Assembly (NCBI GenBank): GCA_004764695.1
Contig: SMSO01000004.1
Span: 1,302,001 to 1,366,000, forward strand
DNA: 64,000 nt
Reading direction: 5' to 3'
Source of the DNA: Schizochytrium sp. TIO01
Taxonomy: Eukaryota > Protista > Bigyra: Labyrinthulomycetes
The notes beneath the pieces were generated by a model. That model did not search any database and was not told the DNA's origin. It saw only the letters and a program-made list of their open reading frames with translations. The stretch's first letter is position 1. Each line of letters starts with the position of its first letter. The translations under genes and the position numbers were made by a program. Of this stretch, positions 1-11,639 are shown one piece after another.

Positions 1-1633
1 TCTTTTAACCAGAAATAAGAAAACTTAAAAGTGGCGATATAGCTGATATTTTGTCTGAGTGAAACCATTGCACAAACCAACTTATGTTATAGGCCTGCAT
101 CACGCTGCTGTACTGAGTTACTTGCTTTACGCGCTAAAAAGAAACGCGATGTCAACTTGCTTGAATAATTTCACTTTGAAGAGTAAATTCTAGTCTGCTG
201 AAAGATGAATCTGATCAGCTGAATGTTGCCTAAGAAGATCACAACAAAAGGATCAATGGAGGCATAGGACAACTTGATTAGCTTTGGCGTTGAGAGTTAG
301 CGATCTGCTGTTTTTGGAAGCAGGCTAATGCATTTCCTAGTTAGGAGTCTATACTTGATCTGTGCTAGACACAATTGACGTGGTTAAGTTAACTCATCTC
401 TTCAATGCTCAACTCCGATTTCACCTTATTTGATTTTAGCAATTACGTCTATAAATGTTTTGCACTTGACTTCGCAGTCTTGACTCCACAAGCACCCAAA
501 CCTGATTGTCGCGTTCTGTTCCATTGGAAATCTGAATCCTTGAGGTCTTACAATGGAACGCCAGGAACTCAAACGATGTCTTGTCGAGGAGCTCCTTCAA
601 AATTGGAATTTCAACACAATCAAGCACAGTTGTAATCCGCACCATGGTCGACCCATTCATGCTAAATAGAGTACACCAGTCAAGCTAGAAATTTTGTAAG
701 TTTCTTCCTGGGGTTTCCAAACAAGAAAATACTTAAACAAGATCTCCATCTCCCGCACATATGCATTCAACACTGCCTATCAGAAATGCTTTCAGTAACT
801 TTGAGTTGGAAATATTTTGCAATTTTGAGTTGGACATGCAACAAGAAGCACTTTTGATCTAAAGGGGTTTGTAAGACCAAATAATGTCAGCTTATCAAAC
901 TCTGCGTATAGACTTGGATAAGGCGCAATCATTTTCACAAACCAAATTTATTTTAATTAAAAAAACCGAAACCACATTCCCATTCTAGTATGGACAGATT
1001 CGCAGAGTTGAAGTACATTTTTATTTTTTTTAAATCTTGCGCTTATCGAAATGTTGACGGTATTATACAGATTGAAAGTCATATTTTTATGGATTGCCTG
1101 GCATTAGAGAGGCATATAAGAAAAACATTTTTCATAGGCATCTGTGAGGATTTCTCTGAACTTGAAGGCAGGAAGGCGGAGCATTTCACGAGGTTACTAT
1201 CTCCATAACTTAATCGTGAAAAATCCGGGGACAGCCTTTCGTACGATAGATTTTAATGCTAAGATTTTCGGACTTGTGTAAATACCGTGCATATATTCTC
1301 TCAATATGTAGACTCGGATGCAAATCACGCAAATGTCTTCCCATCATGCATTTACTAAGGAGAGTTCTAGATGATTAGACTTGATGTGACAATTTTTGGA
1401 TGAGGCCCATGTTTGCTTTGAGCCATCTGCAAGGATAAAATGGTAGATCAAGTCATTTTCATGGGGAGACTGATCACAACGTAGGCGGGAATTCGGAAAG
1501 CTGTTTGCTAAGAGCCAACTAAAAAAAAAACTTCTGTTGCTATACTCACGAAGAGAAACATGCAGAATAAAATTTAACAGGTAAACAAGAGGCTATGCGA
1601 ATATCTACGATACAGTTCACTTTAGTTGTTCAT

Positions 1634-1724
1634 CGTATTGCTAGATATTGCGAGGTCTAAATTATATACACAACGTATTGCTAGATATTGCGAGGTCTAA
1701 ATTATTTACACAACGTATTGCTAG
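1634..1724. repeat. 40-bp tandem repeat, about 2.3 copies
   Basis: CGTATTGCTAGATATTGCGAGGTCTAAATTAT(A/T)TACACAA at 1634 and 1674, partial third copy at 1714. Confidence 0.9.
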
Positions 1725-4004
1725 GTAGGAGTCTTAAATTGGCCAAAAGTACGAAGTGGTAAGGAAAATAGATGCATGTAGTACTTATAAAACTACTACG
1801 TCTTAAATTGGAAAGTGTACTAAAATCCTATCTATCTTCCTTACCAATTCGTATGGGTTAAACCTTCTTCATTGAAACTAGATGAGCATGGTAGTATTCA
1901 TTAACTTCAGACTAATCAAAGACTCGCCCGCTTACTCTAGGTACTAAGTACGTACTCAGGAACAAGCTTGCTTGTAGGTAGCGTAGGTAGTACATACCTG
2001 CCTGCTTGCTTGCCTTCTTTCCCTACATATCACTGAATCATAATTAGATATGCATTCGAATTGAAGAATTCTAGATTGTAACCACTTAATATTTTCTGCT
2101 TCTTTGAGAACTCTTGCAGTCAAAAATAACTGTGACATCAAGTTTTCGGGCAGACCATTCGAGTTCTTCGTTGATGGTTGGCCTATCTACACGACCATTC
2201 ACGATTGCAAAAGCTGGTTTCAAGCATCTTTGACTTACGGGAGGGCCTTTTCGGACCTTTCCTCAACAGGAATGGAAAAACAGAAGAGCTTCCCCTACTG
2301 CAAAACGGCCTCCACGGTGCACAACGATTTTCCTTGTTTTTGTTGAAATCTCAACTTGAAGTAAAAGAGGAGCCAGTTTATTCTTTTCATATAAATTACT
2401 CACGTAACTAGCACAGGTCGGCCTTACGGAAGAAAAAAAAAATCCAATTTAGAGATTATGAAAGTGATTACCTTCACTTTTGATTTTATCAGCGTTACAA
2501 ATCTAAACTTCAATTTCTTGAGTAATCTATGGTATCAAAACGTATGCCTCGCCTGGAAAATGCGATGTTTCTAGATGATATAAATAATAACAACAACGTG
2601 TTCTCGGTTCTATAACATGCGCTTGCCAATAAATAATTAACCTCCCTCATAACGGATATCTATGAAAAGATTCTTGAAAGTAGCCGTCCAGAGAGTGTAA
2701 CAGTCTTTGTACAGCACGTCCCAGAAAAGTGACCTTTCTTCCGATGAGCCTCTTCCCAAAACAAAACAAAAAACAAAAAACTAAATTGTAGAACAGTACC
2801 TACGGACAGGAAACGCCACGTAAAGAAGCTTTTGATGACTTCAATCTTTGGTCGTTTTCATCATGACTGACCAGGTGATTGAATTTCTTGTGAAAAAAAA
2901 AAAGAAAAAGTAATGATGAAAAACTTGTGATAAACTTATAATTTTCCTTATATATATATTTTTAATTTTTTTTTTTTGGTTTAAATCATTAGAATTATCT
3001 ACTTCAAAAGAAGCAATAACAAAATTCTAGGCCTGCCACATAGCCCTGAATAGTCAATTGAATACAAACAAAAGATCATTCAAAGTCCTTTCTCTAACCC
3101 TGTGCATTGTAGCATTAGCGTTTGAAAAGCTTAGACAATAAAGATAATCCAAAAGATCTAAACCATCATCAAGCTGCGCGGACACTCTGTTCCAGCGCGT
3201 ACTTCGCTTCTCAACGCTTCTGGTTGAAAGACAGGACGGATATTCGATTGAAGCGACCAGGTTGAAACGGTTAGATAAGAGGCTGGTTTGAGCCTAATTT
3301 GTAGAATTCCAAAGAGAGGACTCGTCTTCCTTCTTGACGAGAGTAACTTCTGCTGAGATTGTATCAAACAGTCAGGAGATAACAAGGTGCCTTACTAAGG
3401 GGGTGTAAAAGTTTACGGAAGTTGACATACCAGATGTATGCAGATATTGCGTCTAAGAAACATTTACTAATGAAATCAACCACCGAGTAAATAGATCCGG
3501 TAAGACCAACGGACATTTATCTGCCTGGTACTCTTGAGAGTAGTTTGTAGAAGCAGATATCTTGTACACCCCCCTTTGGAAGTATTTTAAACTAATTCTT
3601 TCTTTCTCTGCCTCCATTCTTTCATCCTTTACTATGCCCCTTTGACGAAATTAGACTAGTCAAGTCATTGACACGTTGTTTCTTTATATATTTTAATTTC
3701 TATTAAAAATTAAATTAAAAAATTAAATTTAAAAAAAAATAATAATCATACCAACATATTTCAAGCCTATTCAACCTAAATATCCTATTAGGTTTTCAAT
3801 TTGAAGCTCATCTTGGAGGTTTTGCTTATAAATAATGAACGATCACATAAAAAGGAAATAACTAAAATTTTGCTCTACTCTCTGACGCGAAGAGGTCTAC
3901 AACAAAACCGAAACCTCAAACATTGTTTGATCTTTGAATGCTATAAAGACCGGAAAGCCCCTGCATTACTTTCCTCGCTGGATTGGAGAACTTTACAAGT
4001 AAGA

Positions 4005-4988
4005 ATGATGAACCTTCGTACAGTGATCGTGGTTTTTATCATGGCTCTTCTTGTTCACGAAGGCAAGGCTGACTGCTCAGGAACCGCTTCCCCAGATTCT
4101 TGTGAAATTTGGAGTGCGCTCCAAGACAACTTTGGCGGTGCCAGCTGGACCCAATGCGGCACTTCCGCTCTTAATTCACGTGATATAAACCCTTGTGGCT
4201 CTAAAAAGTGCCCTGCTAAAAGTGGTCTCGTCACTTGCAATGGCAATGTCATTACTTCGTTTAATTTCAACTCCGAGAATAACTTGGTTGCGGAAGCTGA
4301 TATCTCCAGCTTCGTCAGCATGCTTGAGACTTACATGAATACGTACGATTTTCAAACTTTGACTCTGCAAAATCAGGCTAGCTTGGCCCTTGACGAATGC
4401 CTTGCGCCTTGTGCCGATGGTATCACATGCGATTTCACTGGTTCTGAGTGCACTGGTAGCTGTACTACCGATGGAATCTGCGTCACTGACGCACCTACGC
4501 CTGGTACCACGAGCTCTCCCACTACTGCTCCCACTGCTACTCCAACTGCTGCCCCAACTGCTGCCACTTCTGCTCCTACTGACAGCACTGCCACTTCTGC
4601 TCCTACTGACAGCACTGCCACTTCTGCTCCTACTGACAGCACTGCCACTTCTGCTCCTACTGACAGCACTGCCACTTCTGCTCCGACTGACAGCACTGCC
4701 ACTTCTGCTCCGACTGACAGCACTGCCACTTCTGCTCCGACTGACAGCACTGCCACTTCTGCGCCTTCTGCAGCTCCGACTGTAGGTAGCACTACCTCTA
4801 CACCCACTATTGATGTTGACAACAAGGGCAATCTTCCTGAGTGCAACTCCACTCTTACTGTTAACTGCACAACCATTACTGACGTGCCGACTGCAGCACC
4901 TACCTTTGCTCCTAGTGCTGCAGGTACAATCGAGGTCGGCCTCGTTTCTGCAATTGTCATGCTTGCAAACCATTATGCGTTTTGGTAA
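4005..4988 (+). CDS. Secreted, probably GPI-anchored Cys-rich/mucin-like surface glycoprotein (~327 aa)
   Basis: ATG at 4005 (MMNLRTVIVVFIMALLVHEGKA = signal peptide); Cys-rich domain; Thr/Ala/Pro/Ser stalk with TATSAPTDS repeats; C-terminal small-residue site plus hydrophobic tail (SAAGTIEVGLVSAIVMLANHYAFW). The upstream part of the ORF-track call is probably UTR. Confidence 0.85.
   Translation: MMNLRTVIVVFIMALLVHEGKADCSGTASPDSCEIWSALQDNFGGASWTQCGTSALNSRDINPCGSKKCPAKSGLVTCNGNVITSFNFNSENNLVAEADISSFVSMLETYMNTYDFQTLTLQNQASLALDECLAPCADGITCDFTGSECTGSCTTDGICVTDAPTPGTTSSPTTAPTATPTAAPTAATSAPTDSTATSAPTDSTATSAPTDSTATSAPTDSTATSAPTDSTATSAPTDSTATSAPTDSTATSAPSAAPTVGSTTSTPTIDVDNKGNLPECNSTLTVNCTTITDVPTAAPTFAPSAAGTIEVGLVSAIVMLANHYAFW
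4561..4762 (+). repeat. 27-bp coding minisatellite, 7 full copies plus a partial copy (TATSAPTDS)
   Basis: CTGCCACTTCTGCTCC(T/G)ACTGACAGCA repeated at a 27-nt period from 4561. Confidence 0.95.
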
Positions 4989-5731
4989 AGTGTTTAATTT
5001 GATACATCTCACATTTTAGAACCTTCTCTTAATGCACAAAGAGGCAAAATGGTGTTGTAACCCTGGATTTAATTCTAAGAATTGTGAGAATTAAATTCAT
5101 CTGTTTAGGCTTTAGTAATTGGTCAACGACTTTGAATAGCAACGATATTCCTTTTCTCTGCTTCTTTTTAGAAAGTAAACTCACCTAACATATTTGATGC
5201 TACCACTGATACTTCAGTTTTGAATACACAAAAAGCCAACAGCTGTAATCATCTGCACAATATCGAGACACCAAGTACGATCTCAAATACCAACTCTACA
5301 GGACACATAGCTGTAGGCTTTAATCTTGGGTACAGTTCCTGTTCTTCTATATTTCTTTAAATCTACTCACATCCAATTACAGAGTCTTGAAACTCGTGTT
5401 GAGAATTAAGATTTATAAATCACCTTTTGAAATCTTCATACATGGAGTTCAACATTTAATGATTTGCATCACTAAGTATTAAAACCTTATCAGTTGTAGA
5501 AAATAATAAAGACAAGAATATATCAATAGAGTAAAATCTACCAATTTGAAAAAAAGAAAGAACAAAAAGGTCTCTGAAAGGGAAATTTATGTTTTTTAAG
5601 AGCGTGCAGAATTGTACGTAGTAGAATAATAAGTGACAGGCAGACGTCCAAAAGAAAGTATTGAGAGCAACTTCTTGCCAGCGATGCTGTCCGCTTACGT
5701 GCCTCATTACAAACACACCACTTTGTTAATG

Positions 5732-8249
5732 TTAACGTGAGGTTTTAAGCAGACGACGAGCGCGGTCATGCTCACCGCGGCACAAACAAAGGTAAACCAA
5801 CAGACGCATTGCATGCGTGAAATCCGGAACCATATCAAGTGCCCTGAGAAGTAAGCGTTCTGCCTCAGATAAATCACTCTTAAGAATACGCACTAGTGCC
5901 AGATTGGTGCACAAAGCTGCTCGAGCACGTTCACTATTAGCGTCTTGGTCTTCCATAGTAACACCATCGGGGCGGGTGCGTGCTAACTCAGTTTCCATAG
6001 CCTTTGCAACATGATCGAGGGCAGGCCTATATCCTTCACCTTCTATAGCACCGCTTCTCAAGCTTGCTTCGGCGCAATATGCGTGGGCTGCTGCAAGGCC
6101 GGCATCATCCATAGCTAAGAGTACATCTGCGGAGGACTTGGCCATGTCGATCACTTTACGACTTGCCTTGTAAGCTAGCGACCAGTCTTCTACTTGCAAA
6201 GCAAGATATGCTTGGCAAAGAAGGGCGGTTTGCCGCATGGCCAAAACTTGTTCACGAGAGGTATCCGCCCCGTTGTCGAGACCACCTACAGATTTTGCAC
6301 TTGCTAAGTCCGAAGCATCCGGTTCATTAGACATTGGAAAACCAGACCCAGGCTTTCGTGTTTGCGTCGAAGCCGGCTGGCCACCTGGCAAAGAACCATC
6401 CTCTAGTAAGTTGAGTAAGTAAAGTACATGACATGTTGCACGAATTCCGCTTTCCAGAGAAAGACTTGTAGATGCAGCTTCACCAGATACAGCACTAGCG
6501 TCATTGGCTTTGTTTACATCAAATTTATGTCCTGATGCTTTGGAGGCCTTCCCTTTACCGTTTACTTTACGGGCTTGGCTGACATTCAAGGAAGTGCCTG
6601 CGACCGGTGCATTTGAGGTGCCTCCACTACTGGAACAGCCTTCATGAGAGAGCCCGTCCGGGAAAACATTTGTTTTGAGCAAAATCCTGCGTTCAGACCC
6701 TTCTCCAACCACGCTATGCAAAAGGCCCACCCGTCCTTCCTGGTCTAGCAATTGGGCGTGGGACATAACTACACACTCCGCAATATGCAACCAAAGACGA
6801 GGACGGTGGTAGGCGGCTGGTGCAGCTTTCAAGAAGCTTTCATGAGCTAATACTGGTTTCCCACAATGGAGCAACTGCACACCCAGATTGAACGAGATCT
6901 CTGCAGCGCAATGTTCTGGATCACTCTTTGTTGCTTCAAGAGCTTTAGCAAACATGATCGCGGCACAATGGTGTCTTCCTCGATGATGCTGAATGCAGCC
7001 CTTATTGTTAAGAGCAATGCCTTTGTTAAGACCTTTGTTTGAGGAAGATGACAGAAGGTCAGAGCAAGCCTGAAAATCTTTATTAAGGTAAGCCAAATTT
7101 GCTCGCAAGCACTCCGAGATGACATCCTGCACACTTGCTTGTTCAGCAGGAGTTGCCGCACGGAGACCACCTCCTTTACCAGGCGAAAGCTTGAGGCCTT
7201 CCCAAGATCCATCATCCTCAGCTAGTACAGGTGAAGAAGAAGAAGAATCACTCTCCCCGATGGCTCTAGCGAATTGGGCGAGATCAGTATTCACATTCTG
7301 TACTGAAGCCTTGTTGCTAGCACCGGCTTGGAGAAGTCCAATTTTTGCCTTGTAGTTATAAAGTCGCTGCATAACATCTTTCACCTGCGCCGGGCCCCAC
7401 GCCCGTTGCATGCCTTCCAATGCACGCTGCTGACTATCACTTGTGATGTCATTGCCACTAACATCTTTCCTTTTGTCGCCATTTTCCCCATCCATCTGTG
7501 AGGATCCATTCTTGGACAGATTTTTGTGCCCATTGAAGGCGTGGGGTTTCTCCAAATAGTCAATTACGCTCTGAGCTTGCTCAGCAACGTGGCTGACTAG
7601 CAAGCCGCCTTCACTCGCGCCAGCTCCGCGGGCAACGAGCGTATACACATCAAGAAGCAGAAAACAAATGCAGAGCGCAAGCCCCTCATCAACAGCATCA
7701 ATATAGCGAAAAAGGTTTTCCAAAATGTCTAACGCTGATCTCCATTGACGCTCGTTCACATGTACTACCGCACAGTTGTACAAAGCGTAAGAAGAGTCTG
7801 GTTGAAATCGTGTCTTGGATCCTGCACTGTCAACTGCCGCGCCAGTGGTATCGTTGCGAACCTGTGCACTGCTACTGTCTTCACCAGATAGACCTGATGC
7901 GCCTTTCATTGCATCGCCATCCTCTGATCCGGGCGAGGTTGGGCCTGCAATAGATTTACTCTCCTCCTTCCAAGAGTTTCATCACATTCTCAAAGCTCGC
8001 GAGAAGTTTCCACGAATCTGCGCCTTTACTAGATGCGAAGTCTGCCAATGCAGCGTTGTGCATAACTTTAGCCGATGCTGATCTTGCGCTCACCTCTTCG
8101 GCGGGGCTTTCTGCATTCTCTGCAGCGTGTTTTTGCAAACGCTGCGCAAGATCTTTCAGTGTCAAAGAACATTCTTCATATGCATGTTTATTCCACTGCT
8201 CCGCAGATTTTAGGGCCAACTCGGCGTAGTGTTGAGGCTTCGATGCCAT
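5732..8249 (-). CDS. CNOT10: CCR4-NOT subunit 10 (TPR protein), ~838 aa; split by an apparent +1 frameshift near 7966-7970
   Basis: ORF 7956-8249 gives the N-terminal helices (AEQWNKHAYEECSLTLKDL..KVMHNAALADF). ORF 5732-7909 has CNOT10-type motifs ALYNCAVVH, ICFLLLDVY, NNKGCIQH, SFNLGVQLLHCGKPVLAHESF, RPRLWLHIAECVV. Removing one base in TTG GAA GGA GGA GAG TAA joins the two ORFs. Confidence 0.85.
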
Positions 8250-9279
8250 TTCAACTCCTGAACCTCTTTCACAGCTTATGTCTCTGCGGTAAGTCAGTTC
8301 TCTGGTTTCGTATATAAGAAATTGGACTTTCTCAAATCCTGATGATTCCCAACAGATCGCTCAGATTGCTCAGTAGACCAATCAAGCTGATTCTATGGCA
8401 AAAAACTTTAGAGGTTAGACACTCACTCAAACGCAAGCACGTCAATACCGTCAATAAAGAATGAATTACAACCCAAGAATGGTGTTAGCGGGTACCAGTA
8501 GTGAAGAAAAGGTTGGTGTTTCAGATGAAAGACAGCTAGGTCTGTTGTCTATATATCTTTTGTTTCTATTTCTTTTTTCTCGACGAATCAATCAATGTGT
8601 CTCAACTTGAAGGAAGTAGCGGAAGGAAAGATTAAAAGAGAGGTTGTAACACTTAAAGGGCGCTCCGTTGACTGATCTCGGCCTCGATTATGTCCTGTTG
8701 CAGCTCTCTCTCTTGCCACAGCCTCGCTGCTTGTCCTTAGGCAGCAGCGGCCTCTTTCTGGACGCTGCCTTTCGAACGGCCGATGGATGCCTCCGGTGAC
8801 TAAAGCTAGAGTGCCTCGTCCGCCACCACGGAAGATCAAAGGCACTCAGGGCTCAAATTGATGGTTAGGCTCGCGGGACGGTCAAGCCTCCACTGTTTCT
8901 TCTTTGCAAGCGCGCAGTCTACGCAGCTGTCGCGGATTCCCTTCTGCCGCCTTCGCTCTCTCTTGTCCTCGCTCTTCACTCCATATTATTTACTAGCCAT
9001 TAGACTTCTATCAGCCAGTAGCTAGGTTCTACCCCTTGCATATCATGCTTAGAAATGGTAAACTCTACTGTGCTCTTCAATACTACTCAGTACAACACCG
9101 CAATATACAGTGGGCAATCAAGGTCATACAGAGCATTTGTTCTTTGGGCTATTGGAGAAAAATATCAGATCAGTATTCACACCTTGCTAAGAGAGGAGTA
9201 TCGAAAAGGTACTTTTCATAGGTGGTAAGGAGTGGTAGTTCGTATCTAGCTACATTCTTTCTGCCTCTCTTTTCCGAGT

Positions 9280-9333
9280 CGTTCTTTATGTTCTCTAGTC
9301 AGCGTTCTTTATGTTCTCTAGTTAGCGTTCTTT
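9280..9333. repeat. 23-bp tandem repeat, about 2.3 copies
   Basis: CGTTCTTTATGTTCTCTAGT(C/T)AG twice, followed by CGTTCTTT. Confidence 0.85.
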
Positions 9334-9753
9334 CTGCCTGCTGAGGCGGCGAAGAGGTAAGAAACTGGAATGGCAAGGAACCACCAAACCACAAACACTC
9401 CAAGTGAAGCAAAACTTCAATTCGAATTATCAAAGTGCTTCAACCAGAAGTTTGGTGTCTTATCAAGCGCCCTTGTGGTGCTTCTCTGTAGGCAATCGCA
9501 TCTAAGCAAGTGATGACGTTGAGGGCACCTATGACTGCGGTTTGTTCCAGCGGCGGCGAGCAGCACTGACCGTACTATTCGTTATCTACACCAGAGTGTC
9601 CTCGGGCAAGCAAAAGGAGAACTCCAAATGCCAGATTGGTGACCTCCGGCTTGCCTATACAGTCGCCTTCGCCGTCTACAAAGACATCTGTAGAGGAGTC
9701 AACTTCGAAAAGGACTGGCTTACATGCCCGAATGGACTACCGAGATTCACCAC

Positions 9754-10196
9754 GAGCTTGCACTTGGGCTCTGTGAAAACTACGGTGTTATCTTTTTGCC
9801 TAAAATTGAAACCTCAACAAGTTAACAACGTGGATCAAAATCAAGACCGCTCGAATGATATATTATTAATATCTGACAAACGCTCATTCACAAAGCCGAA
9901 ATTTTCCTTGCCAGTTTGTTCAAACTGATTATTTGCCAAGAGGATTACAAAAATATGCAGTAATTGTGGTACCATCCACAGCAAACTCAAAATATTCAAG
10001 GCTATTAAATGCCCCCCAAAAGTGAAAGCTCGTAGCCGATTGTGATATCCACGTATCCAGAGGCATCCTTTTGCGTTACCAATTCAAGAACATTGTATCA
10101 GAATTGTCTCCGTACCCGCGATTGGGCCCTGGCCCTACTTTGCCACCGTAGGAAATGTTAGTTTTGCAAAAATAAAGTTAGGTTTATGTCAAGTAG
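9754..10196 (-). pseudogene. Decayed dispersed repeat, copy A (relic coding element of unknown family)
   Basis: Collinear blocks shared with 15234-15686, e.g. TGTGGTACCATCCAC (9965/15461), AGCCGATTGTGATATCCA (10034/15505), TTATTTGCCRAGAGGATT and GATTGGGCC; broken minus-strand translation resembles copy B. Confidence 0.7.
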
Positions 10197-11639
10197 GGCT
10201 GTGTGTACGTAGGTAGGAAAGTCCTTTTTGGAGAAGCGGAAATGGAAATTAGAGATCGTTTTGCAATATGAATCAACGATAGTCCTGTCGTCTCTTGAAG
10301 AAGTAACAACAACTGCTGATGCTCAAGTCAACTCCATCCATGAGGAATAGGGGAAACACAAATAACTTTCAGATCTACCTCTTTCTTTGTCGCAAAACGA
10401 ATTCATCCTAACCTAATAAAAGTGAAATCAGGAAGATGGATGACCTGTAATGGATGAAATTTGAATTCAAGAAATACTTGTTCAGGTCTATCATGACAAT
10501 CAACTTCAAAGCTATCTTTAGAACTATATTCAGAGTCTAAGAGCTCCCAGCTACGTACAGATGATCCTCTCTGCAAACCTTACTTTAGACTGACGCAATC
10601 CATAAAGCTCTAGTAACATAAACTTTGCAATTTATCATTAAAATTGAGAGTGAAATCATAGAGAGCAGTAGACAATGATACCTAATTGCTCCATGTCTTC
10701 TTTTTCACGCCCATGTGGCATGTAGGCATTACCAAAATGATCAGCACAACTCATTCACCAATCTCTTAGAATTTGCTAAAAAAATCTCTCAAAGATATTG
10801 CTTAGGGCACTTAAGGGACCTAGTACCTATCTGCTACCTATTCAGTAGGCCTGATCAAATTTAATAATACATAGCTATAACATACTAGGTACACCTATTG
10901 TCACCTACTAGTAGGTGTATATGACCTATTAGTAACTGCGGATATTTTAAGGTTTTATCTAATATTTTAAATAGTTACATACTACCCCACATGAAGTCAT
11001 TATTACTAATATAAAGTTTGAATTCGAAAATTCGAAAATTGTTACGAAACGGGTGAAGGGAACCCGCATATTGCGGTAGGTAAATATAATAGCACCTCGG
11101 GGTATATTTGAAATTTAGGGAGTGGGGAATCGCCGCAAAACGCATTATACCCCCTCTATTAACTGTAGCTCACCTGTGCGCTCAGGCAGCTGGAATTGGC
11201 CATTCTTGCCACTCATGAGCATACCATACTTAGCAATCCAAGTACGAAGGGCATTCACAAATCCAAAACCCAACTTCCTCGGTAGTTAGGCCCCGGACGC
11301 AGCACACGCGACGAACAGTCGTCAACAAAACAATCAACGACTGTACAAGCTGGAGCAGGACAAGGCAAACCGTGAACTCATCAGAACTATTCCCAGTGCT
11401 CCTGGGCTTGTTCACCGTGCGCTGTCCAGCGTTGTGTGAGCTATAGAATTTGTACTCACTCATCTTGGTGGTTAAAGCGCCTTTAGATTCACAAGTTAGT
11501 AAACTTTTGCATTTCAATAGTGTAAGATCCTGTGCAGTGATCTTCGAAACACATATATCAGGCTGACAGTGCTCACAAAGCGCGTCAAGTCTGCAAAAAT
11601 AAGCTGACTGGATCGTCATCCCAGTCTAAATCAAACGAA

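Noticed and set aside
1634-1724. Direct repeats as a possible CRISPR array
   Set aside because: Contiguous tandem units with no unique spacers, eukaryotic context and no cas genes.
7944-7958. 15-nt GT..AG micro-intron (GTAAATCTATTGCAG) at the CNOT10 break
   Set aside because: Its length is a multiple of 3, so removal does not restore the downstream frame and a stop follows soon after.
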